DNA of 64,000 nt from Candidatus Krumholzibacteriia bacterium. GTDB lineage: Bacteria; Krumholzibacteriota; Krumholzibacteriia; JAJRXK01. The position numbers and the translations under genes were made by a program. Shown piece by piece: positions 9,591 through 18,673 of this stretch. The notes under the pieces were generated by a model, which ran no database searches, was not told the DNA's origin, and saw only the letters and a list, made by a program, of their open reading frames with translations. The stretch's first letter is position 1. Each line of letters begins with the position of its first letter. The stretch covers positions 224,001 through 288,000 of the forward strand of contig JBGPIA010000002.1 of assembly GCA_041484665.1 (NCBI GenBank), written 5' to 3'.

Positions 9591-9721
9591 CTCTGGAGCC
9601 GTCCCTCAGCTGTGAACAACCTGGGTGTCTGGATGGGTTTAACGCCCTTCCACCTCGTCAGCTGAACCAGTCGCTATGTCGGACAACCTGCCTTTCTGCA
9701 GGAAAATCGCTCCACGCTCCC

Positions 9722-10834
9722 CTAACGATCCGCTGCCAACAGCACCTCGCAGACGTGGTCGACCATCTCGGGCTCCATCTCCGCGTACATTGGCAGCGAG
9801 ATGATGTTCGCGCAGATGACCTCGGCCACCGGGAACTGCCCCGGCGAGCCAAGGTGCGCGAAGGCCGGATGGAGGTGGATCGCCCGGGGATAGTGCTCTC
9901 CCCAGCCAATCCCGCTCTCGGTGAGCTGGGCCTTCACGCGCGGCGCCTCGGGATGATTCACGACGAACAGATGGTGGACGGGCTCGGCACCCTCCACGGC
10001 CTGGGGCCAGCGATAGCGGGATCCGGCGAGGAGGTCCCGATACCGGGCGGCGTGTTCGCGCCGCCGCGCGTTCCATCCGTCCAGGTGCGCCAGCTTGACC
10101 CCCAGGACGGCCGCCTGGAGGCTGTCCAGCCGCGCCGTGGTCCCGACGAGGCTGTGGACATTCTTCTCCCGCTGCCCGTGATGGCGCAGGGCCGCCACCT
10201 TGGCCGCGATCTCCGGATCGTCGGTCACCAACGCTCCCGCGTCCCCGAACGCTCCCAGGTTCTTGCCCGGGTAGAAGCTGAACGCTGCGGCCTTGCTCCC
10301 GCTGCCGATACGCCGGCCGTGGAGGCGCGCGCCGTGGGCCTGCGCGGCGTCCTCCAACAGCAGGATCCCGTGCCGCCGCGCCAGAGCGCGCAGCGCCACG
10401 AGGTCGGCGGGAAAACCGTACAGGTGTACCGCCATGACGGCCGCCGTCTTGCGCGTGATGCGCGCCTCGACCGCCGCCGCGTCCATCAGCCAGGTGCGGG
10501 GGTCCACGTCCGCTAGCACGGGAGTGGCGCCCGCCAGCGCGATCGCCTCCACCGTGGCCACGAACGTGTTGGGAACCGTGATGACCTCATCCCCGGGGCC
10601 GATCCCGCACGCCCGTAGCGCCAGCTGCAGCGCGTCGATGCCCGAGCTCACGCCCATGCACTGCCGCGCTTCGCAGAATTCGGCGAAGCGGCTCTCGAAG
10701 GCGGTGGTGGCGGGACCCAGGATGAATGCGTTGCGATCGATGACGGCCCGGATGGCTGCATCGATCTGCGCACGGAGAGGCTCGTTCTGGGCGGCGAGAT
10801 CCAGAAACGGGATCAGCGGGGCTTGTGTCTGCAT
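9722..10834 (-). CDS. DegT/DnrJ/EryC1/StrS PLP-dependent sugar aminotransferase
   Basis: IPFLDL, GIGPGDEVI, EDAAQAHGA and FSFYPGKNLGAFGDAG (PLP lysine). Start re-assigned to ATG 10834. Confidence 0.95.
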   Translation of the reverse strand: MQTQAPLIPFLDLAAQNEPLRAQIDAAIRAVIDRNAFILGPATTAFESRFAEFCEARQCMGVSSGIDALQLALRACGIGPGDEVITVPNTFVATVEAIALAGATPVLADVDPRTWLMDAAAVEARITRKTAAVMAVHLYGFPADLVALRALARRHGILLLEDAAQAHGARLHGRRIGSGSKAAAFSFYPGKNLGAFGDAGALVTDDPEIAAKVAALRHHGQREKNVHSLVGTTARLDSLQAAVLGVKLAHLDGWNARRREHAARYRDLLAGSRYRWPQAVEGAEPVHHLFVVNHPEAPRVKAQLTESGIGWGEHYPRAIHLHPAFAHLGSPGQFPVAEVICANIISLPMYAEMEPEMVDHVCEVLLAADR

Positions 10835-11182
10835 GACCGAGCGAGTATAGCACAGCCCAAATCGCCAATGGAAGGCCGCTTCCAGGCGCGAACCTCTAGG
10901 CCGATCAGAGCGCAACTCCATTGTGCACAAACAGTTGCGGGCAACCTGAGGACGGGCCGCGCGGGCGCCTGCGGGAGTCGGCGCAGCGGCGGCCGCCGGG
11001 GCCGCCCCCGGCGATCGGCGGGGCGTTGCGCGTCTGTCCACTCGGCACCTCCCCTGCTATGGTAACCGTCTGACCACCATACGCCGCGCGCCGTCGACTC
11101 TGCACGCGGCCGCGGCCGTCGCGGCGGCACCGTGGCCCGCGCCCGCGGCGCGGCCACCGTCCTGTAGCGTGCGAGGTCTGCG

Positions 11183-12079
11183 ATGCGCCTGCTGATCACC
11201 GGAGCCCAGGGGATGATGGGGCGCGACCTGCGCGCGCTGGCCGAGGCCGCCGGGCACGACGCGTGGCCGACCGACGTCGCGCGACTGGCGCGCGATCCGC
11301 AGGATCGCCTCGACGTCACCGATCACGCGGCGCTGGAGCACGCCTTCGAGGCGTTCCACCCCGACGCCGTGCTCCATCTGGCGGCGATGACCAACGTGGA
11401 TGACTGCGAGCTTAACCCCGAGCAGGCCTGGCGGGTGAACGCCGTGGGGACGCAGAACGTGGCGCTGCACTGCCGGCAGCGCGCTCTGCCCCTGGTCTAC
11501 ATCTCCACCGGCAGTGTGTTCGACGGCGAGAAGCCCACCCCCTATCACGAGTTCGACGTGCCCAATCCCCAAAGCATCTACAGCCGCAGCAAGTGGCAGG
11601 GGGAGCTCATCGTCCGTGAGCTGTGGCCCCAGCACTACATCGTGCGCGCCGGCTGGATGTTCGGCGGCGGGCCAGAGGACAAGAAGTTCGTGGCCAAGAT
11701 GGTCGACCAGGCCCGGGCGAAGCCCGTGTTACGCGCCGTAGACGACAAGAGCGGGTCGCCGACCTATACGCGCGACATCAGCGCCCGCTGCCTGGAGCTG
11801 CTGGCCACCGGGCGCTTCGGTACCTACCACGCGGCCAACGAAGGGTGCTGCACGCGTTACGAGATGGCGCAGGCGATCGTGGAGTACGCGCGCATCGCCG
11901 GCTGCCGCGTGGACCCGTGCGGCTCCGCGGAGTTCCCGCTGCCCGCCCCGCGTCCGCGGCTGGAGGCGTTGGAGGGGCTGCACGCCCGCCTGATCGGGCT
12001 GCCGCCCATGCGGGGATGGCGGGAAGCGCTGGCGGACTACATCCAGACCGAGCTGCTTCGCGAACCGAGGGGCGCGTGA
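11183..12079 (+). CDS. rfbD: dTDP-4-dehydrorhamnose reductase-like SDR
   Basis: ITGAQGMMG, HLAAMTNVD.CE, YIST.SVFDG, Y..SK..GE, GSPTY and PAPRP motifs. Confidence 0.85.
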   Translation: MRLLITGAQGMMGRDLRALAEAAGHDAWPTDVARLARDPQDRLDVTDHAALEHAFEAFHPDAVLHLAAMTNVDDCELNPEQAWRVNAVGTQNVALHCRQRALPLVYISTGSVFDGEKPTPYHEFDVPNPQSIYSRSKWQGELIVRELWPQHYIVRAGWMFGGGPEDKKFVAKMVDQARAKPVLRAVDDKSGSPTYTRDISARCLELLATGRFGTYHAANEGCCTRYEMAQAIVEYARIAGCRVDPCGSAEFPLPAPRPRLEALEGLHARLIGLPPMRGWREALADYIQTELLREPRGA

Positions 12080-12112
12080 ACCGGGACCGCGGGCCACGCC
12101 GTCCAGCGCTCT

Positions 12113-12634
12113 CTACTTCTGCTCTTCGGTCCGGATGGGCTTGAGCGTCTTGTAGAACTCGGCCGGGGTCATGGAGAGGATCGGGCCGCTGCACTTCGCA
12201 ACCGGCTTCGCTGGGTTGCCCTGCACCATGGTCAGCGGCGGAACGGAGCGCGTAACGACACTGCCGGCCATCACTACTGCGCCGTACCCGATCGTCACAT
12301 TCGGCAGGATGATAGCGCCCGGTCCGATGAAGGCCTCGTCCTCGATGCGCACCGAGATGGCGTCCTCCGGGTGGCCCTTGACGTCGGCCTTGATTGCCCC
12401 CTGGAAGTGGGCCAGGATCATCGACCGGATCCCGACGTCCACACCGTTGCCAATGGAGACCAGGAAGGGACGCGACGTCTCGATCAGCGCGTCGGTGCCG
12501 ATGAAGACGCGCTCGCCGATCTTCACCCCGCGCCGGCGGTGCATCCACACACGAACGGTCCTGGCGCCCGGAGAATACCGCACCAGGATCTGCAACACGC
12601 GATTCTTGAGCGCCCATAGCGCGCCACGTCTCAT
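12113..12634 (-). CDS. Left-handed beta-helix (hexapeptide) acyltransferase
   Basis: GVKIGERVFIG, IGNGVDVG and VRIEDEAFIGPGAIILPNVTIG...GNPAK repeats. Confidence 0.88.
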   Translation of the reverse strand: MRRGALWALKNRVLQILVRYSPGARTVRVWMHRRRGVKIGERVFIGTDALIETSRPFLVSIGNGVDVGIRSMILAHFQGAIKADVKGHPEDAISVRIEDEAFIGPGAIILPNVTIGYGAVVMAGSVVTRSVPPLTMVQGNPAKPVAKCSGPILSMTPAEFYKTLKPIRTEEQK

Positions 12635-12682
12635 TGGCCCATCCGGTCCTGGTTCCCGTTTAATGCCACCGATGCGACCACG

Positions 12683-12970
12683 TTACGCGCCGCCGCTGGT
12701 CGCCGCCCGGCTCTTTCCCTCAACGTAACGACAGAGGGGGCCGAGGATCGTCAGCTCCTCGGCGTCCAGATCCTCGAAATCGATCGCGAGTCCAAACCGA
12801 TGCTCGATGGCCGAGATCATCTCAAGGATCCCGAGCGAATCGATGACCCCTTCGGTGAGGAGATCGAAATCGTCGGGCACTTGCGCGGGCTCGAGACCCT
12901 TCGCGGCGAGTGAGCTCGCGAATCTCTCCAGCAAGAGGGCTCGGACCGCTTCCGCCGTGATGACACTCAT
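12683..12970 (-). CDS. Acyl/aminoacyl carrier protein (DltC-like)
   Basis: 95 aa, acidic, with the GVIDSLG phosphopantetheine-attachment motif; ATGA-coupled to the adenylation gene. Confidence 0.9.
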   Translation of the reverse strand: MSVITAEAVRALLLERFASSLAAKGLEPAQVPDDFDLLTEGVIDSLGILEMISAIEHRFGLAIDFEDLDAEELTILGPLCRYVEGKSRAATSGGA

Positions 12971-14592
12971 GCCATCTCCTCCAACAGCTTGAACAGGGCG
13001 AACTGGTCGATCTTCCCGTGGTGCGTCAGCGGCAGCTCGGGAAGGAAGTGGAGCCGACGCGGGACCATGTAGTCCGGGAGGCGCGCGGCGAGCTTCCGAC
13101 GCAGCAGCTCCGGGTCGGCCCCGACGGTGCCCAGGAACGCCTCCACCCCACCCGCGGCCCCGCTGGCGCCGCGCGGCCAGCCGACGGCCAGCACGGAGTC
13201 GACGCCCGACGCCTCGCGGAGGGCGGCTTCCACTTCGCCGAGTTCGACGCGGTGCCCGTGGATCTGCAATTGGCGATCCAACCGCCCGAGATAGAGGATC
13301 GGGCCGTGGTCGTGCGGCCTGCGCACCCGATCACCCGTCCGATAGAAGATGACATCCTCCCCGGGCAAGGTGATGAACGACGCCGCCGTCCGCTCGGGGT
13401 CCCGCCAGTAGCCGAGGGTGACCTGGGGCCCGGACAGGAGCAGCTCGCCGGACTCACCCGCGGCGACCTCGCGCAGACCCTCATCGACAACCCGCGTAGT
13501 CATCCCGGCGTTGGGGTATCCGATCGGAACGACCCCCTGTTCGCATTCCTCCGGCGATCGCTCCGGATCCCAACGATAGCGCAGGCAGGTGCAGAGCACC
13601 TCGGTCGGGCCGTAGAGATTCTCCACGGCGGAATTGCTGGCTGCCTGCGCCCATGACCGCGCCACCTCCAGCGGCAGCGCCTCGCCTCCGAAGAGGCTGT
13701 GCCGCAGCGTTGGATAGCGATTCGGCTTGAGAATGCCCAGGCGCCGCATGAACACGCCGGTGGAGGGCACCGAGAACCAGATGGTGATGCGCGAGTCCCG
13801 GATGAACTTTCCGGGCTTGATCAGCTCCTTCTGGGTCGGGACGCACAAGCAAGCTCCGCGCTCCCACCCCACCCACAGGTCGAAGATCGAGCCGTCGAAC
13901 GTCAATTCGAACGTCTGCGAGAATCGGTCCTGCTCCGTGACGGCGTAGTGGTCGACGACCGCGTCGATGTAGGCGAGGGCGTTGCGGTGCGCCGCCATCA
14001 CCGCTTTGGGGATGCCGGTGCTCCCCGAGGTGAAGATGAGATAGGCCACCGCGTTCGCTTCGACCGGCACCGGGGCCCAATCGCGCGGGACGTCGAGGTC
14101 CGCGCGACCCAGGATCCGGTGCGTGGGCCACTCACCCGCGAGCTCGGCCACGTCCTCCTGCTCCGGCAGCAGCAGGACCATCGGCTCCTTGAGTCGAGGG
14201 ATCAGCGAGCGCAGATGGGGCACCGATTCCGGATCGACCACCATGCAGCGCGCCCCGGAGCGCTCGAGCATCATCAGCGTGCGCTCCGGCGGCAGCAGGC
14301 GGCTGAGCGACACGTAGCCGTGCCCACGTAGGAGAGCGCCGAGGATACCCGTGTAGGCCGTGGGCGTGCGATAGGCGAGGACCGCGGTCAGCGGGGCACT
14401 ACCCGGCGACGGGTGGACCCGGTCGAGCGTCGCCGCGAGCGAGAACGCACGCTCGTACATTTGGCGGTAACTAAGCGTCACACCGGCCACCTGAAGGGCC
14501 GGACGATCAGGAAAGCGAGCGGCGGAGCGAAGGAAGCCGGAGCGAAGGGTTCGCGTGCTCTCAACCATCGCGCTCGACGTCTCCGACGTCAT
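12967..14592 (-). CDS. Stand-alone amino-acid adenylation enzyme (DltA-like)
   Basis: A3 YLIFTSGSTGIPK, A4 FD.S, A5 NLYGPTE, A7 YRTGD, A8 GR.D.Q..I.G.RVELGEVE and A10 LP...GKID. No condensation domain. Start ATG 14592 or 14568. Confidence 0.92.
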   Translation of the reverse strand: MTSETSSAMVESTRTLRSGFLRSAARFPDRPALQVAGVTLSYRQMYERAFSLAATLDRVHPSPGSAPLTAVLAYRTPTAYTGILGALLRGHGYVSLSRLLPPERTLMMLERSGARCMVVDPESVPHLRSLIPRLKEPMVLLLPEQEDVAELAGEWPTHRILGRADLDVPRDWAPVPVEANAVAYLIFTSGSTGIPKAVMAAHRNALAYIDAVVDHYAVTEQDRFSQTFELTFDGSIFDLWVGWERGACLCVPTQKELIKPGKFIRDSRITIWFSVPSTGVFMRRLGILKPNRYPTLRHSLFGGEALPLEVARSWAQAASNSAVENLYGPTEVLCTCLRYRWDPERSPEECEQGVVPIGYPNAGMTTRVVDEGLREVAAGESGELLLSGPQVTLGYWRDPERTAASFITLPGEDVIFYRTGDRVRRPHDHGPILYLGRLDRQLQIHGHRVELGEVEAALREASGVDSVLAVGWPRGASGAAGGVEAFLGTVGADPELLRRKLAARLPDYMVPRRLHFLPELPLTHHGKIDQFALFKLLEEMA

Positions 14593-14892
14593 CGAGTGGA
14601 GACCGTTGCTGGATTTGGACTTGCGGCCTCGCCGCGGCGCGCGCCCCCGCAGAACGCGCGCCCGCGCGCCATTGCGCGGAATAAGAAACCTACCACAGCT
14701 TGGGAAGCCTGGCCATCCCGCGGGTCGCACACGGGCCGCGCGCACCACGCTGGTCGCCAACGCGGGCGATCTCCCGCTGCGCGACCGGCTCCGGATCACC
14801 GGTTCGCATACACCTGATGCTTGCCCGTGGTTGAGCGGCGGCGAGTCGTGCGCCCAAGGTCCGCGAGCGCGACTGGTGCCGGGTCACCTCCG

Positions 14893-16179
14893 TCATCGGT
14901 TGGAGTAGAGCTGGTCGCGCCGCATGCGCGCCACGGTGGCCAGAAAACGCGGCACGAACGCCGCCAGCCGCAGGCCATTGCGCGGATGCCGCAGGTAGGC
15001 CGCCACGTCGAAGTACAGCGGGTGCATCACGGGCACAAACACCCCCGCGACCTCTTCGGCGCGGTGCAGCTGCTCGATGAACGCCGCAGCCAGCTCCTCC
15101 GCGAAGTCCGGGCCCAACGCCACGCTGATGTCGGCGAAGTGCTGCCCGATGCTCAGCGTCCGGCGCAGCGCGCCGTCGCCGGGCAAGTGCAATGGATGGT
15201 AGTACCGGTTGCGGTACATGGTGTCGTAGCGGAAGCCCGCCTGCTCCACCGCGCGCCACGTATTGGGTGTGGTGTTGGTGCGCAGCTCGCCGCCGTGCAT
15301 GCAGATGCCGGATGCCTCGGCGCCGACCAGCTCTTCCAAGAGCGCCTTCTCCCCGGCCGCAGCGCGCAGCTCGCTGCCGAACCGCCGCTCTGCCGAAGTC
15401 ACGAACTCACCGTGCAGCGCCAGCTCGTGGCCGCCTACCACTCGGGCATACGCCCGGAGCTCCGCCGCGCCGTAGAAGTACCCCAGCGGGCGCAGGTAGG
15501 CCGTGCTGCGGACGCCGTAGCGGTCCTCCAGCGCGTGGATCCCCGCCATGTTCTGGATCGCCGCGTCCACGTCGTAGCGCACCGAAAGCGCCACCGCGTA
15601 GGGTCTGCCACCGCGCTGCGGCAACGGCCACAGGCGCAGGTCCGGCAGCCCGCAGCGGCGGTGCCCCTCGGCGAGGAGCCCGCGCATGCGCGACAGCGGC
15701 TCCTCGTCGAAGCGCTGGTGCCGCGTGGCGCTTTCGCGCAGGGCGGTCAGCAGCGGGTCCAGACGCGCGGCGGGCAGCACTGGCGTGGCGCCCGGCGCCG
15801 CGCACCGCACGTGGCCGTAGCCGAGGTGGCCGAGGATTTCGCGCAGCAGCGGCTCGTCGGCCACGCGCGGATCGTAGGAGGGCGCGGCCGCCGACGGCCG
15901 TGCCACCGGGAGCTCGAAGGGCGGGACGAGCACGCGGGCCGAGTCGACCTCCACGGCGGCCTCCGCCAGCGCGCATTCGACGGCCAGACGCCCGCCATCG
16001 ATCCGCCGCAGTTGCACGCTCGCCTGCTGGCGTTGCTCCCACCAGCGGGCGACCTCGCGCTGGGATACGGCCCAGACATTCCCGTGGACGCGCACGTGCT
16101 CCAGCAGCGCTGTGTAGGCCGGCCGGTCCTTCATGAGGGTATGGCGCCGGATCGCGCGCTGGATCAAGCCGAGGTTCAT
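14893..16179 (-). CDS. Polysaccharide deacetylase-like (CE4/NodB-related) protein
   Basis: RYDVD, GVRSTAY, HELALHG, G..MHG, GF.YDT and MHP motifs. Start re-assigned to ATG 16179. Confidence 0.65.
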   Translation of the reverse strand: MNLGLIQRAIRRHTLMKDRPAYTALLEHVRVHGNVWAVSQREVARWWEQRQQASVQLRRIDGGRLAVECALAEAAVEVDSARVLVPPFELPVARPSAAAPSYDPRVADEPLLREILGHLGYGHVRCAAPGATPVLPAARLDPLLTALRESATRHQRFDEEPLSRMRGLLAEGHRRCGLPDLRLWPLPQRGGRPYAVALSVRYDVDAAIQNMAGIHALEDRYGVRSTAYLRPLGYFYGAAELRAYARVVGGHELALHGEFVTSAERRFGSELRAAAGEKALLEELVGAEASGICMHGGELRTNTTPNTWRAVEQAGFRYDTMYRNRYYHPLHLPGDGALRRTLSIGQHFADISVALGPDFAEELAAAFIEQLHRAEEVAGVFVPVMHPLYFDVAAYLRHPRNGLRLAAFVPRFLATVARMRRDQLYSNR

Positions 16180-16222
16180 GACCGCGGGGCCTCCCCCCCG
16201 CGACACCGGTCCCGGGACGCGC

Positions 16223-17449
16223 TCATGGCTCCAGTGCTCCCGAGGATGTCAGGAAATCCGCGATGGCCGTCGCCGCAAGCGCGTGACCGTCGCGACTCCA
16301 GTGGCCGTCCTCATCGTTCTGCGCGCAGCCGTGCAGCGCGATGTCACCCCGGGCGGCTCGCGCGCGGAAGATCGGCACCAGATCCAGGTCGAGCGCCCCC
16401 TCACCCAACGCCACCGATCCCAGGTACCCGTGTACACGATCCAGGTCGAGGCTGGGGTGCTGCCGCCGCGCGCGCTCCATGGCGCGCGGCTGGACCTGCA
16501 TGCGGGTGGTCCCCTCGACGAGTACGAAGCGGGCCCCATCGGAGCGGACCGCGGCATCGAGCCGCCGCAGCACCGCCTGGGTGAGGGTGAGGGCGTCCCG
16601 CCAGGGGCGCGGAGGGTCGGGCAGCCACAAGTTGGCCTCGTCGGCGGGGGCGAGTGCGCATGCAGCCGCGCCGGCGTCATCGCCCGCGGCCACGCCGCCG
16701 TCGCCCGCGCTCGATGACGCGCGCTGCGCGCGCGGTGCAGCGAGCTCGTTGCCCGCGCGCAGCGTCAGCGAGACCAGGACCGACGCACGCTTGGCCGGCG
16801 TCAGCAGCGTGCGCACGTGGTACCCGCGGCTTTCGCGGAAGCTCTCGTCCAGCGCGAGCGCGCTGCCCTCCAGACGGAAGTAGGGTCCGTAGGCCATGGG
16901 CAGTGCCAGGGCCCGTGAGTTGTCCGCGACGTCGTTGGGGATGAACAACAGCAGCACCAGGTCGGGATGGTAGCGGCGCCCCTCGTGCTCGTAGAAGAGG
17001 CATTCGGCCGTGGTCCCCATCCCGGACCGCCCGGCGTTGACGACCTCGTAGCTGCGCCCGTCGCGGCGGGCGTTGAGCAGCGCCTCCAGCCGCTTGGTCC
17101 ACGTCTGCTCGAGCGGGAGCTGGAAACCCTCGGTGTACGAGTCGCCCAGCGCCAGGATGCGGAAGGTGCCCGGAGCGCGGGCATAGTCGATGTCGCGGTC
17201 GCGCAGCCCATGGGCGTTGATGCGGCCGCTGGACCCCCATCCCGGACAGGGTTCGGCGGCGGCGAAGCGATAGACGGCACCGGGCACGTACGACCAGCCC
17301 AGCACCGGATCCGGTCGCGTCCAGCTGGGCACGCTGACTCCGGCCACACGCAGCCCGATCTCCAGCAGCAAGCACAGCACGAGCAGCGTGGACAACGAAA
17401 GCGCGAGTCGGGTTCCCATCCCGCGCCCGCGTGCAGGCGCCGGCGTCAT
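16223..17449 (-). CDS. Membrane-anchored SGNH/GDSL protein (AlgJ/AlgX-like O-acylation accessory)
   Basis: N-terminal TM (LLEIGLR), IN.HGLRD, RILALGDSYTEG, EVVNAG, PND and DGHW..GH. Real start is ATG 17449, overlapping the upstream stop. Confidence 0.85.
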   Translation of the reverse strand: MTPAPARGRGMGTRLALSLSTLLVLCLLLEIGLRVAGVSVPSWTRPDPVLGWSYVPGAVYRFAAAEPCPGWGSSGRINAHGLRDRDIDYARAPGTFRILALGDSYTEGFQLPLEQTWTKRLEALLNARRDGRSYEVVNAGRSGMGTTAECLFYEHEGRRYHPDLVLLLFIPNDVADNSRALALPMAYGPYFRLEGSALALDESFRESRGYHVRTLLTPAKRASVLVSLTLRAGNELAAPRAQRASSSAGDGGVAAGDDAGAAACALAPADEANLWLPDPPRPWRDALTLTQAVLRRLDAAVRSDGARFVLVEGTTRMQVQPRAMERARRQHPSLDLDRVHGYLGSVALGEGALDLDLVPIFRARAARGDIALHGCAQNDEDGHWSRDGHALAATAIADFLTSSGALEP

Positions 17450-18645
17450 GCCGACGCGCCGGGCGCCACGGGCTGCGGGTGCAGCGGCCGCGACGCGCAC
17501 AGCGAGCGGTAGATGAGCTCGTAACGCTCCTGGATCGTCCGCCAGCTCAGGCGTCCCATCACGTCGCGATACATGGACCCGGTGAGCGCAGCGGCCTGCG
17601 GCTCGGCCAGCGCCTCCACCAGCTTCGCGCTCAGGTCGCCCGGCCGTTGCAGTGAGAAGGCGTAGCGGTAGCCGGCACCCACCACCTCGAGATTCTCGGG
17701 GATGTCGGAGCAGACGACCAACGCCCGGCACGAGACCGCCTCCAGCAGCATCATCGACATGGCCTCGACCTCGGAGGGGAACGCGAAGACCCGGCAGCCG
17801 CGCACCACCGGCAGCAGCAGCTCCCGCGGCAAGAGCTGCTTGTGCAGGATCACGCCTGGGAGGCCGGCACAGAGCGCCTCGATGCGCCGGGAGTACTCCA
17901 GGTCGTGGGAGAAGTCCCCGAGCACCAGCAGCTTCTGCCGCAACTGCGCGTCGCGGTAGGCCGCGAGCAGGTGGTGCAGTCCCTTGGTCGCGTCCAGCCG
18001 CCCGCATGCGAACAGCAGGTACTGCCCGGGCTGCACGCCCAGCGCCGTCCAGTCGGGGCCCGGCGCCGGTGCGCCGCCGCCCGCGCTGTTGCCGGGATCC
18101 ATGCCGTCGCCGCCCGCGCCCTCGCCGCCATCGGCGCCGTTGGGAACGTACTCGATGGCGCACCGGCTCCAGAGCCCCTGGGCCGACGCCTTGAAGCGCG
18201 ACACGGAGGTCAGCCGGTCGCAGAAGTGGACGAAGCAGTGCTCCGAGAGGCGCAGGTAGGCCCGCGCCGCCCAGCTCCATTTCGCGCGCAGGTATGGGTC
18301 GCCGTGGAAGGTCCCCACGATGTGCAGACCGCGCTTGAGCCGCAGCAGCGGGCAGAAGAACCCGAAGTCGGAGTTGTGGACGTGGGCGACGTCGTAGCGC
18401 CCCTTCACCAGCACGTGAGCGGTGCAGAGCAGGAAGTACAGGAACGGGCGCAGGTGCTTGCCGCCCCACGCCGGCACGTAGACGTAGTGCAGGTTCAGGG
18501 CGCAGTGGCGCGCAATCTGCGGCGTGCGCAGCAGGTAGACGTGGTAGTGGGTTTCGCTCGCCGCGTGCTCGAGCAATCGCTCGACCACGCGATCGGCGCC
18601 GCCGGTGGCAGGCAGCGCCTTGATGCCCAACACGGCCACGTGCAT
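17446..18645 (-). CDS. Glycosyltransferase family 4
   Basis: MHVAVLG.K.LPA.GG, YVPNG, GRL..KG and EAMSMMLLEA. Start re-assigned to ATG 18645. Confidence 0.9.
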   Translation of the reverse strand: MHVAVLGIKALPATGGADRVVERLLEHAASETHYHVYLLRTPQIARHCALNLHYVYVPAWGGKHLRPFLYFLLCTAHVLVKGRYDVAHVHNSDFGFFCPLLRLKRGLHIVGTFHGDPYLRAKWSWAARAYLRLSEHCFVHFCDRLTSVSRFKASAQGLWSRCAIEYVPNGADGGEGAGGDGMDPGNSAGGGAPAPGPDWTALGVQPGQYLLFACGRLDATKGLHHLLAAYRDAQLRQKLLVLGDFSHDLEYSRRIEALCAGLPGVILHKQLLPRELLLPVVRGCRVFAFPSEVEAMSMMLLEAVSCRALVVCSDIPENLEVVGAGYRYAFSLQRPGDLSAKLVEALAEPQAAALTGSMYRDVMGRLSWRTIQERYELIYRSLCASRPLHPQPVAPGASA

Positions 18646-18673
18646 GGCTGAAGCCTCGCCGGTGGGCCGCGCC

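Noticed and set aside
12683..14592. NRPS secondary-metabolite cluster
   Set aside because: Only a free A domain and a carrier protein; no condensation or thioesterase domain, and the context is glycan biosynthesis.
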